A stretch of 32,000 nt of DNA from an uncultured Erysipelotrichaceae bacterium (GCA_964401865.1 CAYNZZ010000004.1:60001-92000), one strand, 5' to 3'. Shown: positions 1 through 10,331, counted from the first letter of the stretch. Translations and numbers: made by a program. Notes: a model not told the origin generated them from the sequence alone.

Positions 1-6
1 TTTAAC

Positions 7-35
7 TTGTGAAATATGACAAAATATTTTATAAT
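7..35 (+). promoter_or_regulatory. Candidate sigma-A promoter for rny: -35 TTGTGA (7-12), 17-nt spacer, -10 TATAAT (30-35)
   Basis: The hexamers and spacing were read directly. A GGAGG SD at 70-74 precedes the ATG at 84. Sequence upstream of the window is not visible. Confidence 0.4.
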
Positions 36-83
36 AGGTAAGAAGTGTAACTTCATTAAAAGTTAATATAGGAGGTAGGAATT

Positions 84-1643
84 ATGGGAGACAATAATAT
101 CTTTACTTCCATTATATTTAGTTTACTAGGTGTGGTTATTGGCATAGTGATAATGTTTGTAGCCAGTCGTGTTGGATTAAATCGAGATAAACAAAAAGCA
201 AAATTAATATTAGAAGAGGCTGAAAACAAAGCTAAAAATACGGTTAAACAGGCTGTATTAGATGGCAAGACGCAAGTTTATGATTTAAAATTGCAAGCTG
301 AAAAGGAGATCAAAGATCGCCGTCAGGAATTGCAAGATTTTGAAACGAAATTATTGCGTAGAGAAGATTCGTTGAATTACCGTGATGAATCAATGAATCA
401 AAAGGAAAAGAAACTCGATGAAAAACTAAAAAAAGCTGAAGACAAGGCTTTACAACTGGATAAAATGGAAGAAGATTTGCAAGCGCGAATTGATGGTCAA
501 ATTGTGCTTTTAGAGCGTGTTTCATCAATGACACAAGAGGAAGCTAAGAAGGAATTGATGGATGTAGTGGAGAAGAAAATAACTAATGAAGTAGCGACAT
601 ACATTCACGAACAGGAAGAAGAAGCTAAATCGCGTGCTCAAGATATGGCAAGAGAAATCATTGCAACTGCTATTCAAAGATATTCGCAAGAAGAGACTAT
701 TGATCGTACTGTATCAGTAGTAGCACTTCCTTCGGAGGAAATGAAGGGTAGAATAATCGGAAGAGAAGGCAGAAACATTAGAGCCATTGAACAAGCTACA
801 GGTGTTGATTTGATTATTGATGACACTCCTGAGGCTATTACTGTTTCGTGCTTCAACCCAATCAGAAGAGAAATCGCTCGTTTATCACTTGAAACTTTGA
901 TTCGTGATGGTCGTATTCAACCGGGCAGAATTGAAGATGTTGTAAATAAGATTACAAAAGAGATTGATGACACAATCTTAAAAGCTGGTGAAGAAGCTTG
1001 CTTCAAGCTGCAAATAGGTAAGATGGACAAAGAGTTAATCAAGATGGTAGGCCGTATGAGATATCGTTATTCTTATGGGCAAAATGGTCTTGAACACTCA
1101 ATGGAAGTAGCTTTCTTAGCTGGAATGATGGCAGCTGAATTAGGTTTAAATCAATCTTTGGCTAAAAGAGCTGGTCTGCTTCATGATATTGGTAAAGCAG
1201 TTGACTTTGAAGCTGATGGTACTCATGTAGAACTAGGAGCTAAACTGGCTAAGAAACATGGCGAAAATGAAATAGTTATCAATGCGATTGAATCACATCA
1301 TGGTGATAAGGAGCCTACATCACTGATCTCTTATTTGGTAGCTGCTGCTGATACATTAAGCGCTGCCAGACCAGGCGCTAGGTATGAAGGAATTGAAAAT
1401 TATATCAATCGTCTAGAATCACTAGAAAAAATTGCCTATGATTTTGATGGTGTTGATAAGGCATTTGCTATTCAAGCAGGTAGAGAAGTCAGAGTAATGG
1501 TTGTGCCAGAAAAAGTCAATGATAATAAATGCGTGATGATTGCTCGTGAAATCAAAGAACGTATTGAAAAAGAATTGACATATCCAGGACAAATAAAAGT
1601 TACAGTAATTCGAGAAATGCGCGCAAATGAATTAGCTCGCTAA
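84..1643 (+). CDS. rny: Ribonuclease Y
   Basis: 519 aa with an N-terminal TM helix and a Lys/Glu-rich coiled coil. It has a KH motif ([26 protein letters not shown]) and an HD domain ([10 protein letters not shown]...LLHDIGKA). A strong SD is present and ymdB follows, as in Bacillota. Confidence 0.95.
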   Translation: MGDNNIFTSIIFSLLGVVIGIVIMFVASRVGLNRDKQKAKLILEEAENKAKNTVKQAVLDGKTQVYDLKLQAEKEIKDRRQELQDFETKLLRREDSLNYRDESMNQKEKKLDEKLKKAEDKALQLDKMEEDLQARIDGQIVLLERVSSMTQEEAKKELMDVVEKKITNEVATYIHEQEEEAKSRAQDMAREIIATAIQRYSQEETIDRTVSVVALPSEEMKGRIIGREGRNIRAIEQATGVDLIIDDTPEAITVSCFNPIRREIARLSLETLIRDGRIQPGRIEDVVNKITKEIDDTILKAGEEACFKLQIGKMDKELIKMVGRMRYRYSYGQNGLEHSMEVAFLAGMMAAELGLNQSLAKRAGLLHDIGKAVDFEADGTHVELGAKLAKKHGENEIVINAIESHHGDKEPTSLISYLVAAADTLSAARPGARYEGIENYINRLESLEKIAYDFDGVDKAFAIQAGREVRVMVVPEKVNDNKCVMIAREIKERIEKELTYPGQIKVTVIREMRANELAR

Positions 1644-2434
1644 TGAGAATATTATTTATAGGCGATATTGTTGGCCGTCCTGGTCGAGATACCGTCTTTA
1701 CTTATTTAGATAGCATTAAAAAAGAATATAATATTGATTTTACAATTATCAATGGAGAGAATAGCGCGCATGGGAAAGGTATTACTTCTAAGATATATGA
1801 TCAATTTATAAATGCTGGGGTTGATTGTATCACCATGGGAAATCATAGTTTTTCTAAAAGTGAGATTATTGATCATCTCGATGAACTTGATAAACTAGTT
1901 GTTCCTCATAATCATATTAAAGGTTACGGAAATAGCGCTAAACTTTTTGATGTTAGTGGTTTTAAACTATGCGTCTGTAATATATTGGGCGAAGTGTTTA
2001 TGTCTGAAGTTTCTTCATCGCCTTTTGAATCGATGGAAGAGATTATGAAAGAACATGGTGATGTCGCTTATCTTGTCGATCTTCACGCCGAGGCAACTAG
2101 TGAAAAATTGTTGTTTGCTCATTACTTTAAAGATAGAGTTTTGGCTACCTTGGGAACTCATACTCATGTTCAAACCGCTGATGAAAGACTGATTGGAAAT
2201 GAGGCCTATATTTCCGATGTTGGTATGTGTGGGGTGTTTGATAGCATCATTGGACGCGATATTGATGAGATGATTGATAATCATATCTATGGCAATGCGA
2301 CTAGATTTACTGTTGCGGATGGCGATGCACAATTATGTGCAGTGGTTATTGATGTCGATACAGTAAATAAAAGAGCCACTTCAATATCGCGTATTCAAAT
2401 AAGACCTAGTGAAGAGGCACTATATGACAAATAA
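1643..2434 (+). CDS. ymdB: YmdB-family metallophosphoesterase (2',3'-cyclic-nucleotide 2'-phosphodiesterase)
   Basis: The N-terminus [15 protein letters not shown] and the GNH and GTHTHVQTAD motifs fit the family. The start overlaps the rny stop (TAATG), matching the conserved rny-ymdB pairing. Confidence 0.9.
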   Translation: MRILFIGDIVGRPGRDTVFTYLDSIKKEYNIDFTIINGENSAHGKGITSKIYDQFINAGVDCITMGNHSFSKSEIIDHLDELDKLVVPHNHIKGYGNSAKLFDVSGFKLCVCNILGEVFMSEVSSSPFESMEEIMKEHGDVAYLVDLHAEATSEKLLFAHYFKDRVLATLGTHTHVQTADERLIGNEAYISDVGMCGVFDSIIGRDIDEMIDNHIYGNATRFTVADGDAQLCAVVIDVDTVNKRATSISRIQIRPSEEALYDK

Positions 2435-3809
2435 AACAGATTATGATGTAGTTATTGTTGGCGGGGGGATAGCCGGTTTAATGTCGGCTTATGATTTAAT
2501 TACCTCAAGACCAGATTTACATATCTTGCTTCTAGAAAGAGGTAATAAACTACATAATAGAAATTGTCCAATCATCAATAAAAAGACCAATGCCTGTGTT
2601 AAATGTAAACCATGTTCAGTTATGGAAGGTTTGGCAGGAGCAGGAGCTTTTTCAGATGGGAAATATATTATTTCTTCGGAGTATGGTGGTTGGTTAACTG
2701 ATATTCTAGATGAAGATGAAGTTTTAAAATACATTCATCGAGCCGATGATATTTTAGTAAAGTTTGGAGCAACTAAAGAAATATATGTTCCTGATGATGA
2801 ACTTAAAATCGAATGTCTTAAACATGATCTTCATATGCAACAAGCTATCGTTAAACATTTGGGAACCGATGCAAATTATGCAACAATGGCTAGTTTGATT
2901 GATTATCTTGAAAATAGAATCGAGATATCTGATTTGAGTAATGTGTGTGATATTGATATTCGTAGTCATATCATCACCTTTATTAAAAACGGAAAAGAAC
3001 ATGAGGTAAAAGGCAAATATGTTCTTATCGCTGTTGGACGCGCCGGATCTAGAGAATTTCAGACTTGGTGCAAGAAAAATGATATTCCACTTAAAAATAA
3101 TCAGATTGATATTGGAGTCAGAGTTGAACTTCCTTGGACTATTTGGAAACATTTTTCAAGAAAGATATATGAGCCGAAAATTCTTTATCGAACAAAGATG
3201 TATCATGATAGCGTTAGAATGTTTTGTTTCAATGAAAAAGGCTATGTCGTAACCGAAAACACTGACGGCGTATTAACGGTAAATGGACATTCGTTTAAAG
3301 ACAAAGCTAAGAAGACTGACAATTCTAATTTTGCACTTTTATCGACTATTAATTTTACTGAACCATTCGATGAACCGATTGAATATGCTAGGTTTGTTGC
3401 CTCGCTTGCCAATAAAATATCTGGTGGCAGTGTTTTGGTACAGAGGTTTGGCGATTTGGTTAATGGAAAACGCACAAATGATAATCGCCTAGCTTCGTCA
3501 AGTGTTAAACCAACTTTGAAGGCGGTGGCTGGTGATTTAAGCTTATGTATGCCAAAAAGACAGCTTGATAATATTATCGAAACAATATATGCCCTAGATA
3601 AAGTTGCACCAGGCACTGCTAATTACGATACTCTTTTATACGGCGTTGAGTGTAAGTATTATAGTGCCAGACCGAAATGTAATGATTTTGAAATTGAGGG
3701 TACTGATAGAATATTTGCGCTTGGTGATGGAGCAGGATTTACTCGTTCTTTATCTCAAGCTGCAGCTAATGGTTTGATTGTAGCGGATAAAATTCTTAAT
3801 GAAATATAA
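2409..3809 (+). CDS. FAD-dependent oxidoreductase (COG2509-like uncharacterised dehydrogenase)
   Basis: A Rossmann dinucleotide motif (DVVIVGGGIAGLMSA) lies near the N-terminus, with a Cys cluster (CPIINKKTNACVKCKPC) and a C-terminal GDGAG motif. The start is ambiguous between 2409 and the ATG at 2424 (MTNKTDYDVV). Confidence 0.8.
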   Translation: MKRHYMTNKTDYDVVIVGGGIAGLMSAYDLITSRPDLHILLLERGNKLHNRNCPIINKKTNACVKCKPCSVMEGLAGAGAFSDGKYIISSEYGGWLTDILDEDEVLKYIHRADDILVKFGATKEIYVPDDELKIECLKHDLHMQQAIVKHLGTDANYATMASLIDYLENRIEISDLSNVCDIDIRSHIITFIKNGKEHEVKGKYVLIAVGRAGSREFQTWCKKNDIPLKNNQIDIGVRVELPWTIWKHFSRKIYEPKILYRTKMYHDSVRMFCFNEKGYVVTENTDGVLTVNGHSFKDKAKKTDNSNFALLSTINFTEPFDEPIEYARFVASLANKISGGSVLVQRFGDLVNGKRTNDNRLASSSVKPTLKAVAGDLSLCMPKRQLDNIIETIYALDKVAPGTANYDTLLYGVECKYYSARPKCNDFEIEGTDRIFALGDGAGFTRSLSQAAANGLIVADKILNEI

Positions 3810-4488
3810 AATATTTATCGTTGAAGACGATGAAATAATCGCTTCACTATGCAAGAAACATTTAACATCTTGGGGATATGACGCTAAAGTATGCGAAGAT
3901 TTTCATAATGTCTTAAATGAGTTCATTTCTTATGATCCGACGCTTGTGTTGTTGGACATTTCTTTGTCATACTTTAACGGTTTTAAGTGGTGCGAAGATA
4001 TTAGAAAGATTTCATCGGTACCGATTATTTTTATTTCTAGTGCTAGCGATGATATGAATATGATTATGGCTATGCATTTAGGGGCCGATGATTTTATTGC
4101 TAAACCTTTTTCAATTGATTTATTAATCGCTAAGATACAAGCTATTTTAAGAAGAAACTACGATTATAAAAGCAGCAGTCAATTATTAAAATATCGTGAT
4201 TATTTTTTGAATGTTGAAAAGGCTTCTATCATTTATGGTGATAGTTCCTTAGAATTGACTAAGAATGAGTTTAAAATATTTAAAACTTTATTAGAAAATA
4301 AGGGTAGGATAGTTAAAAGAGAAACGCTAATGCAAAAGATATGGCAGACTGATGAATTCATTGATGATAATACTTTGAATGTCAATGTCAATCGTTTAAG
4401 AAAAAAATTGGAAGATATTGGACTTATAGCTGTCATTGAAACCAAAAAGAATCTAGGTTATATATTAAAAGATGAAGAAAATGTTTAA
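3799..4488 (+). CDS. OmpR/PhoB-family response regulator (BceR-like)
   Basis: It has a receiver domain (IFIVEDDE...LLDISL...KPF) and a C-terminal winged-helix domain (LTKNEFKIFKTLLEN...GYIL). The start overlaps the stop of the upstream gene. It lies next to an intramembrane-sensing kinase and a BceAB-like transporter. Confidence 0.9.
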   Translation: MKYKIFIVEDDEIIASLCKKHLTSWGYDAKVCEDFHNVLNEFISYDPTLVLLDISLSYFNGFKWCEDIRKISSVPIIFISSASDDMNMIMAMHLGADDFIAKPFSIDLLIAKIQAILRRNYDYKSSSQLLKYRDYFLNVEKASIIYGDSSLELTKNEFKIFKTLLENKGRIVKRETLMQKIWQTDEFIDDNTLNVNVNRLRKKLEDIGLIAVIETKKNLGYILKDEENV

Positions 4489-5434
4489 TTATCTGTATAA
4501 GAACAGGATATTGATATGTGCATATTGTTTGGCTAATTTTTTGTGTGCATTTGTCTACATTCTGTATGGCAAAGAGTTAGAAATAGTTTTATATCCTATT
4601 GTGATTTCGTCCTTAGTGTTTGTGATGTTTCTAATGTATGGATTTATAAGATATTTAAAGCATTTGGAAAATATTAAAAACTTCTTTGATAATAATATTT
4701 TATTTGAAGTCAAAGAACTTGATGAAAGGTTAGAAATTGACCGTATTATCGAACTAAATAAAAAAGTTAATCGTTTGAATAATTTAATGATTAAAGAAAA
4801 AGAAGAGATGATTGATTTTTATGCCATGTGGGTTCATCAAATCAAGATACCTGTCTTTGCGATGAAATTGCTTCTTGACGAAAGCAGTGATATTAATTTA
4901 CAGATAGAATTATTGAAAATTGAGCAATATGTGAATATGGTTTTAAACTTTATTCGTTTAAATGATTCAAGTGGAGATTTGCTAATCGAAGAAGTTGATG
5001 TTGATGAGATAGTTAAAAATGCCATTAAGACATACTCGAATATCTTCATCAATAAGCATTTGTATATTGATTTTAAAGATACTAATCAAAAAGTTTTGAG
5101 CGATAAAAAGTGGTTGATTTTTGTGGTTGAGCAGATTGTTGCCAATGCGGTTAAATACACCAAAAAAGGTGGTGTGACAATTAGCTTTGAAAACAGCGTT
5201 CTTTCAATTAAAGATACAGGGCTTGGCATTGAAAAAAGCGATTTATCAAGAGTGTTTGAAAAAGGATATACTGGCAAGGTCGGAAGAAGCGAGATGCAAT
5301 CAACAGGACTCGGCTTATATTTATCTAAAAAAATTCTCGATCATTTAAATCACAAAATTACAATAGAATCTCGTATCAATGAAGGCACTGATGTTATGAT
5401 TGATTTATCGAGTGATAGGCGTTTAAACGACTAA
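4472..5434 (+). CDS. Intramembrane-sensing histidine kinase (BceS-like)
   Basis: 320 aa with two N-terminal TM helices and essentially no extracellular loop. It carries an H-box (WVHQIKIPVFAM), an N-box (VANAVKYT) and G-boxes (DTGLGI, GLGLYL). It overlaps the response-regulator gene. Confidence 0.85.
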   Translation: MKKMFNYLYKNRILICAYCLANFLCAFVYILYGKELEIVLYPIVISSLVFVMFLMYGFIRYLKHLENIKNFFDNNILFEVKELDERLEIDRIIELNKKVNRLNNLMIKEKEEMIDFYAMWVHQIKIPVFAMKLLLDESSDINLQIELLKIEQYVNMVLNFIRLNDSSGDLLIEEVDVDEIVKNAIKTYSNIFINKHLYIDFKDTNQKVLSDKKWLIFVVEQIVANAVKYTKKGGVTISFENSVLSIKDTGLGIEKSDLSRVFEKGYTGKVGRSEMQSTGLGLYLSKKILDHLNHKITIESRINEGTDVMIDLSSDRRLND

Positions 5435-5460
5435 TCTTACATTAATGTAAGATTAGTTTT
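5431..5460 (+). terminator. Perfect 26-nt palindrome (CTAATCTTACAT|TAATGTAAGATTAG, 5431-5456) followed by a T-run; intrinsic terminator and/or response-regulator binding site
   Basis: The palindrome was checked base by base. It is followed by TTTT and begins within the kinase stop codon region. Confidence 0.6.
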
Positions 5461-5530
5461 ATATTTGTAAGGTAAATCAATGGTTAGTGAAATTCAAAAG
5501 AATTAATCTTGAAGTATAGGAGGAAAACTT

Positions 5531-6289
5531 ATGAATTTATTAGAAGTTAAGAATTTGAAAAAGACATATACTACAAGATTTGGATCGATGAAATGTCAGG
5601 CACTTAATGGTGTTAATTTCAATGTTGAAAAAGGAGAATTTGTCGCTATTATGGGTGAATCTGGTAGTGGCAAAACTACACTTTTAAATATCATTGCCGG
5701 CATTGATTCACCAAGTGAAGGTGAGATTATTTTAAATGGGCAAAACTATGACCATTTGAGTGAAAAAGATATTACGATTTTTAGAAGAAATCATATGGGT
5801 TTTGTTTTTCAAGATTTCTCTTTACTAGATAATTTCAATATTAAAGACAATATTTTATTACCACTTGTTTTATCAGGGAAAAGTGTTAGAGAGATGGAAA
5901 ATAAAATATATTCATTGGTAAATAAATTGGGTATTGAATCACTACTTTTGAAGCAACCTTACGAAGTATCTGGTGGTCAAAAACAACGCGTCGCAGTTGC
6001 GAGGGCTTTGATTAATGATCCGGACTTAATTTTGGCTGATGAACCAACTGGAGCTCTTGATTCCAAAGCATCTGATGAACTTTTGAATCTATTTGAAGAT
6101 ATTCATGATGGTGGGCAGACTATTTTGATGGTAACACATTCAACTAAAGCGGCTTCTTACGCTTCACGTGTTCTTTTCATTAAGGATGGGTCTTTGTTTC
6201 ATCAGATATACAAGGGTGATGACAGCAACGAGATGATGTATAAAAAAATTAGCGACACACTTTCGCTATTATTGAAGGACGCAAAATGA
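5531..6289 (+). CDS. ABC transporter ATP-binding protein (MacB/BceA-type)
   Basis: Walker A (GESGSGKTT), the ABC signature (VSGGQKQRVAVARAL) and Walker B (LILADEPTGALD) are all present. A TAGGAGG SD precedes the start. Confidence 0.9.
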   Translation: MNLLEVKNLKKTYTTRFGSMKCQALNGVNFNVEKGEFVAIMGESGSGKTTLLNIIAGIDSPSEGEIILNGQNYDHLSEKDITIFRRNHMGFVFQDFSLLDNFNIKDNILLPLVLSGKSVREMENKIYSLVNKLGIESLLLKQPYEVSGGQKQRVAVARALINDPDLILADEPTGALDSKASDELLNLFEDIHDGGQTILMVTHSTKAASYASRVLFIKDGSLFHQIYKGDDSNEMMYKKISDTLSLLLKDAK

Positions 6290-8226
6290 AAAATTTGTAT
6301 TGGCGTTTAGCTTTTCAAAATATTTTTAAGAATAAAAAGGTTTATTTCCCTTATATCATCTCCATTACTTTTTTAGTCACGATGACTTATATTATCGTGT
6401 CGCTATCGTTAAACGAATCATTTTTATCGACTCTTGGTGGTCAAGTTATCAACGATTTCCTTATACTCGGCACTTTTGTTATTGCGATACTAGTTTTCAT
6501 TTTTCTATTTTATTCTAACTCTTTTATGATTAAGTCTAGAAGAATGGAATTAGGGCTATATAATATTTTAGGCTTGGAAAAAAGACATGTTATGATGATC
6601 ATGTTTGCTGAATTTATTTATATCGCTATTTTTTCAATCGGTGTCGGTTTAGCGTTCGGTGTCTTATTGGATAAATTAGCTTTTATGATCTTACTGAATT
6701 TATCTAAGGGTAGCGTGCCAATCGGTTTTAGCTTATCGATTAAAGCTTTAATCGAAGTATCAATTTACTATATTCTGATCTTATTTTTAACCTTTATATA
6801 CAACTCTTTACAAGTTAAACATTATACAGCGATTAATTTATTAAAAAGTGACAGTATCGGTGAAAAAGAACCAAAGGCTAAATATTTAACGGCTATTTTA
6901 GGATTCGCAATACTAGCTTATGGTTATTACATCGCTATAAGTGTCATCAATCCTATTGAAGCAATTATCAATTTCTTTGTGGCGGTCATTTTAGTTATCG
7001 TTGGGACATATATGTTATTTATTGTCGGAGTGCCAGCTATACTGAAACTTTTAAAATCAAAGAAAGACTACTATTATAGGACTACTCATTTTATTTCTGT
7101 ATCTACACTTTTATATCGCATGAAAAAGAATGCAGTTGGTTTGGCTAATATTTGTATTTTGTCAACCATGGTTCTGGTCATGATATCTTCGACTAGTGCG
7201 ATATGGTTTTCCTCATATAGTACTTTACATAGTTTATATCCAAATGATGCCAGAATCACAATTAATAATTCTTTAAGAGAAGAAAATACACTTGCTGATT
7301 CTATTGTTGAAAAAATATTAAATGAAAATGGTTTTTCAGATGACGATTATGTAGCTTTCAATGAAGTATACCTTAGTGGCAGTTTTGAAAATCGTAAAAT
7401 CATTAAAAGCAATGGCGAAAATACATATATCTTACACTTTGTAACAGTTGATACTTATAACCGTTATACAGATAAAAATGTTATTTTGGCAGATAATGAA
7501 ATCATTATGCTAAATGAATTAAGTTTAACTTTTGATGATAAAGTGCAAATCTTTGATAAAGAATTTGATAATGTTTTAAGTGAAAATAAACTTATTAAGG
7601 ATTTACCTTTATCGCCAGTTATTTCTAACGGAGAAATACAGGTGGTTGTAAAAGACGAAGATGTATTAAATAGTTTTAACACTACAGTAAGTCGTTATTA
7701 TGGTTTTGACTTAGGTGACAAAGAATTAACTGACAATATCGTTTCTGAAATATATGATTCATTCCTTGAAGAATTATCTGAAACAAGTATTTTGAGTTTA
7801 TCTAATTTTGGTGAATTATACGAACTGATGATGAGTGTATATGGAGGCTTGTTCTTTCTGGGTATCTTTTTGAGTGTTGTCTTTATCGTGGCAATGACTC
7901 TTGTCATGTACTATAAACAGCTTCAGGAAAGTAGCGAAGACTTAAAACGATTTAAGATTATGAAAAAGGTTGGTTTAACTAATAAAGATATCTCTAGAAC
8001 AATTAATTCGCAAATGTGGATATTATTCTTTCTTCCGTTGATTGTGGCTATTATTCACATGTTGTTTGCTTACAATATTATCAATAAACTATTAGTAGCA
8101 GCATCGATGAACGGAAGTTTCAGTTACGCTTCGGTGTTTATTACAACTATAGCAATATTCATAGTTATATATGGAATAATCTATAAACTGACATCAAAGC
8201 TTTACTATAACATTGTTACAGTATGA
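6286..8226 (+). CDS. ABC transporter permease, FtsX-family (BceB-like, ~10 TM with a large extracellular domain)
   Basis: 646 aa. TM bundles flank a ~200-aa hydrophilic segment (residues ~310-510), which is the typical BceB architecture. The start overlaps the ATPase stop (ATGA). Confidence 0.85.
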   Translation: MKNLYWRLAFQNIFKNKKVYFPYIISITFLVTMTYIIVSLSLNESFLSTLGGQVINDFLILGTFVIAILVFIFLFYSNSFMIKSRRMELGLYNILGLEKRHVMMIMFAEFIYIAIFSIGVGLAFGVLLDKLAFMILLNLSKGSVPIGFSLSIKALIEVSIYYILILFLTFIYNSLQVKHYTAINLLKSDSIGEKEPKAKYLTAILGFAILAYGYYIAISVINPIEAIINFFVAVILVIVGTYMLFIVGVPAILKLLKSKKDYYYRTTHFISVSTLLYRMKKNAVGLANICILSTMVLVMISSTSAIWFSSYSTLHSLYPNDARITINNSLREENTLADSIVEKILNENGFSDDDYVAFNEVYLSGSFENRKIIKSNGENTYILHFVTVDTYNRYTDKNVILADNEIIMLNELSLTFDDKVQIFDKEFDNVLSENKLIKDLPLSPVISNGEIQVVVKDEDVLNSFNTTVSRYYGFDLGDKELTDNIVSEIYDSFLEELSETSILSLSNFGELYELMMSVYGGLFFLGIFLSVVFIVAMTLVMYYKQLQESSEDLKRFKIMKKVGLTNKDISRTINSQMWILFFLPLIVAIIHMLFAYNIINKLLVAASMNGSFSYASVFITTIAIFIVIYGIIYKLTSKLYYNIVTV

Positions 8227-8232
8227 TAAATT

Positions 8233-8252
8233 GGTCCTTTTAGGACCTTTTT
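8233..8252 (+). terminator. Intrinsic terminator GGTCC-TTTTA-GGACC plus T-run
   Basis: The hairpin was read directly, immediately after the permease stop. Confidence 0.7.
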
Positions 8253-8280
8253 ATATGATATTATTTAATTGGTAGTTACT

Positions 8281-8310
8281 TTGCGCTAAAAAATAAATAT
8301 ATGATAGAAT
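8281..8310 (+). promoter_or_regulatory. Candidate promoter: -35 TTGCGC (8281-8286), extended -10 TGaTAGAAT (8302-8310)
   Basis: Read directly. It overlaps the ORF-track ATG at 8301, which argues for the downstream start at 8337. Confidence 0.45.
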
Positions 8311-8336
8311 TGTATAGATATTCAGGAGGGACAGGT

Positions 8337-8696
8337 ATGTCAATTAGTAAAAAGACTTCTTTAGGACAAGTAAAAATATCGGATTCAGCTATTGCAGTAT
8401 TAGCTGGCGGAGCTGTTGTAGAGTGTTATGGTGTTGTGGGCATGACTAGTCAACAAGTATTAAAAGATGGTCTTAATGAATTATTAAAGAAAGAAAATTA
8501 CTCAAAAGGAGTAGTTGTTAAAAATAAGCCTGATGGTTTAGAAGTTGATTTATATATCATCGTAAGCTATGGTGTTAAAGTATCGGAAGTTGTTAATGAG
8601 GTACAGAAACGTGTTAAATACACTTTAGAAAAATCATTAAATATGGATGTTTTGAGTGTTGATGTGTATGTACAGGGAATCAAGGTGGTAGCATAA
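8337..8696 (+). CDS. Asp23/Gls24-family envelope stress protein (YloU-like)
   Basis: ~119 aa with typical Asp23 features (ISDSAIAVLAGGAVVECYGVVGM...VDVYVQGI). The ATG at 8337 has an AGGAGG SD 6 nt upstream. It is followed by a DAK2 gene, as in the yloU-yloV pair. Confidence 0.85.
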   Translation: MSISKKTSLGQVKISDSAIAVLAGGAVVECYGVVGMTSQQVLKDGLNELLKKENYSKGVVVKNKPDGLEVDLYIIVSYGVKVSEVVNEVQKRVKYTLEKSLNMDVLSVDVYVQGIKVVA

Positions 8697-8697
8697 T

Positions 8698-10305
8698 ATG
8701 AAAACAATTAATGGTGCTATTTTAAAGGAGATGCTTAAAAGCGGTAATGCTAATTTGAGCAATCATAAAAGTTTAATTGACTCATTGAATGTATTTCCGG
8801 TGCCTGATGGTGATACCGGTACAAATATGTATATGACTTTCTCTAACGGCGTTAAAGATGCTTTAGGTGTAGCATCTGATAGTATTTCCGATGTCGCTAA
8901 AGCATTATCTAAAGGTTTGCTTATGGGGGCAAGAGGAAATAGTGGAGTTATCACTTCACAGATTTTTAGAGGATTCTATCAATATGTTGAAGGCAAAGAA
9001 GAAATTACGACCAAAGAGTTAGCTGAAAGTTTTGAAAATGGTGCTAAGGTTGCCTATAAGGCAATTATGAAACCGGTTGAAGGCACTATCTTAACCGTAA
9101 TTAGAGAAGCGAGTTGGTATGCTAACCACTATATGATTGAACATCCAGATATTGATGTTGAAGAATATTTTAGATTGTTGATTGATTTTGCTCAGGATTC
9201 TCTAGATCATACACCAGAGTTACTTCCGGTATTAAAAGAAGTGGGAGTAGTAGATAGTGGCGGAACTGGTTTAGTCAAGATATTTGAGGGTTTTAAAGCT
9301 TATTTAGATGGCAAACCATATGTCATCGAAGAAAATAGTCAAGAAATTACAAGCAAAGCCAAAGAAGCTGAAAATGATGAATTTGGTTACTGTACAGAAT
9401 TTATTTTAAGATTAAATGACGAAAAAAAATTTAAGGAAACTATCTTGCGCAATAAGCTTGCTGAGATTGGAGAATCATTAGTGGTAGTTAAAGATGATGA
9501 TTTAGTTAAGGTTCATGTTCACACATTAAAACCTGGTGATGCTTTAAACATCGGTCAAAGATATGGTGAATTCATTAAGTTAAAGATAGAGAACATGCAG
9601 GAACAACATTCTAATTTATCTGATGAAAAAACCACTAAAGAGAAGAAAAAATATGCGGTTATTGCTGTAGCGGCTGGTAAAGGACTTGAAAAGTTATTCA
9701 AAGATTGTCGTGCTGATATCGTCATTTCTGGTGGACAGACAATGAATCCATCTACTGAAAGTTTTATTGAAGAAATCAAGAGAGTTAATGCTGAACATAT
9801 TATCATTCTTCCAAACAATTCAAATATCATCTTAGCTGCTGAACAGGCTAAGTCGATTATGGAAGACATCGATATAAGAGTATTGCCTACTAAATCAATT
9901 CAAGAGGGTATCAGTGCTTTGTCGATGTATTCTCCAGAAGCTGATATCGAAGAAAATTTAGAAGAGATGAGCGAAGCAGTAAAAAATGTTCAATCAGGCT
10001 CCATCACTTATGCTATTAAAGATACTGTATTTAATGGGGTCGAAGTTAAAGAAGGCGATTTTATCGCGATGACTAATAAAACGATTGTTGCAAGTAATAT
10101 CGATAAATTGACTACGGTCAAAGCCTTATTAGATGAAATGTTTAAAAAAGAAGATGCTGAACTTCTTACATTAATTGCCGGTGAAGATTCTAGTCAAGAC
10201 GAAATAGATGAAATAACTGCTTATATTGAAGAAAATAGTGATTTAGAGGTTGAAATGATTAAGGGCGATCAACCGGTATATTGCTATTTATTCGGTGTTG
10301 AATAA
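8698..10305 (+). CDS. DAK2 domain-containing protein (YloV-like)
   Basis: 535 aa with the N-terminal DAK2 motif (NVFPVPDGDTGTNM...ARGNSGVI) and a C-terminal DegV-associated-like region. It shows conserved synteny with the Asp23 gene. Confidence 0.9.
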   Translation: MKTINGAILKEMLKSGNANLSNHKSLIDSLNVFPVPDGDTGTNMYMTFSNGVKDALGVASDSISDVAKALSKGLLMGARGNSGVITSQIFRGFYQYVEGKEEITTKELAESFENGAKVAYKAIMKPVEGTILTVIREASWYANHYMIEHPDIDVEEYFRLLIDFAQDSLDHTPELLPVLKEVGVVDSGGTGLVKIFEGFKAYLDGKPYVIEENSQEITSKAKEAENDEFGYCTEFILRLNDEKKFKETILRNKLAEIGESLVVVKDDDLVKVHVHTLKPGDALNIGQRYGEFIKLKIENMQEQHSNLSDEKTTKEKKKYAVIAVAAGKGLEKLFKDCRADIVISGGQTMNPSTESFIEEIKRVNAEHIIILPNNSNIILAAEQAKSIMEDIDIRVLPTKSIQEGISALSMYSPEADIEENLEEMSEAVKNVQSGSITYAIKDTVFNGVEVKEGDFIAMTNKTIVASNIDKLTTVKALLDEMFKKEDAELLTLIAGEDSSQDEIDEITAYIEENSDLEVEMIKGDQPVYCYLFGVE

Positions 10306-10329
10306 ACCACTTCGGTGGTTTTTCTTTTT
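10304..10329 (+). terminator. Intrinsic terminator AAACCAC-TTCG-GTGGTTT plus T-run
   Basis: A stem with a TTCG tetraloop and a TTTTTCTTTTT tail was read directly. Confidence 0.8.
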
Positions 10330-10331
10330 GC

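Noticed and set aside
8301-8336. Longer ORF-track starts for the Asp23 gene (8301), the GntR gene (10295), the membrane protein (11587) and the SWIM gene (27874)
   Set aside because: Each extension lacks an SD and runs through a terminator or promoter element. Internal ATGs at 8337, 10391, 11641 and 27910 have good SDs at 5-7 nt spacing and give family-typical N-termini.
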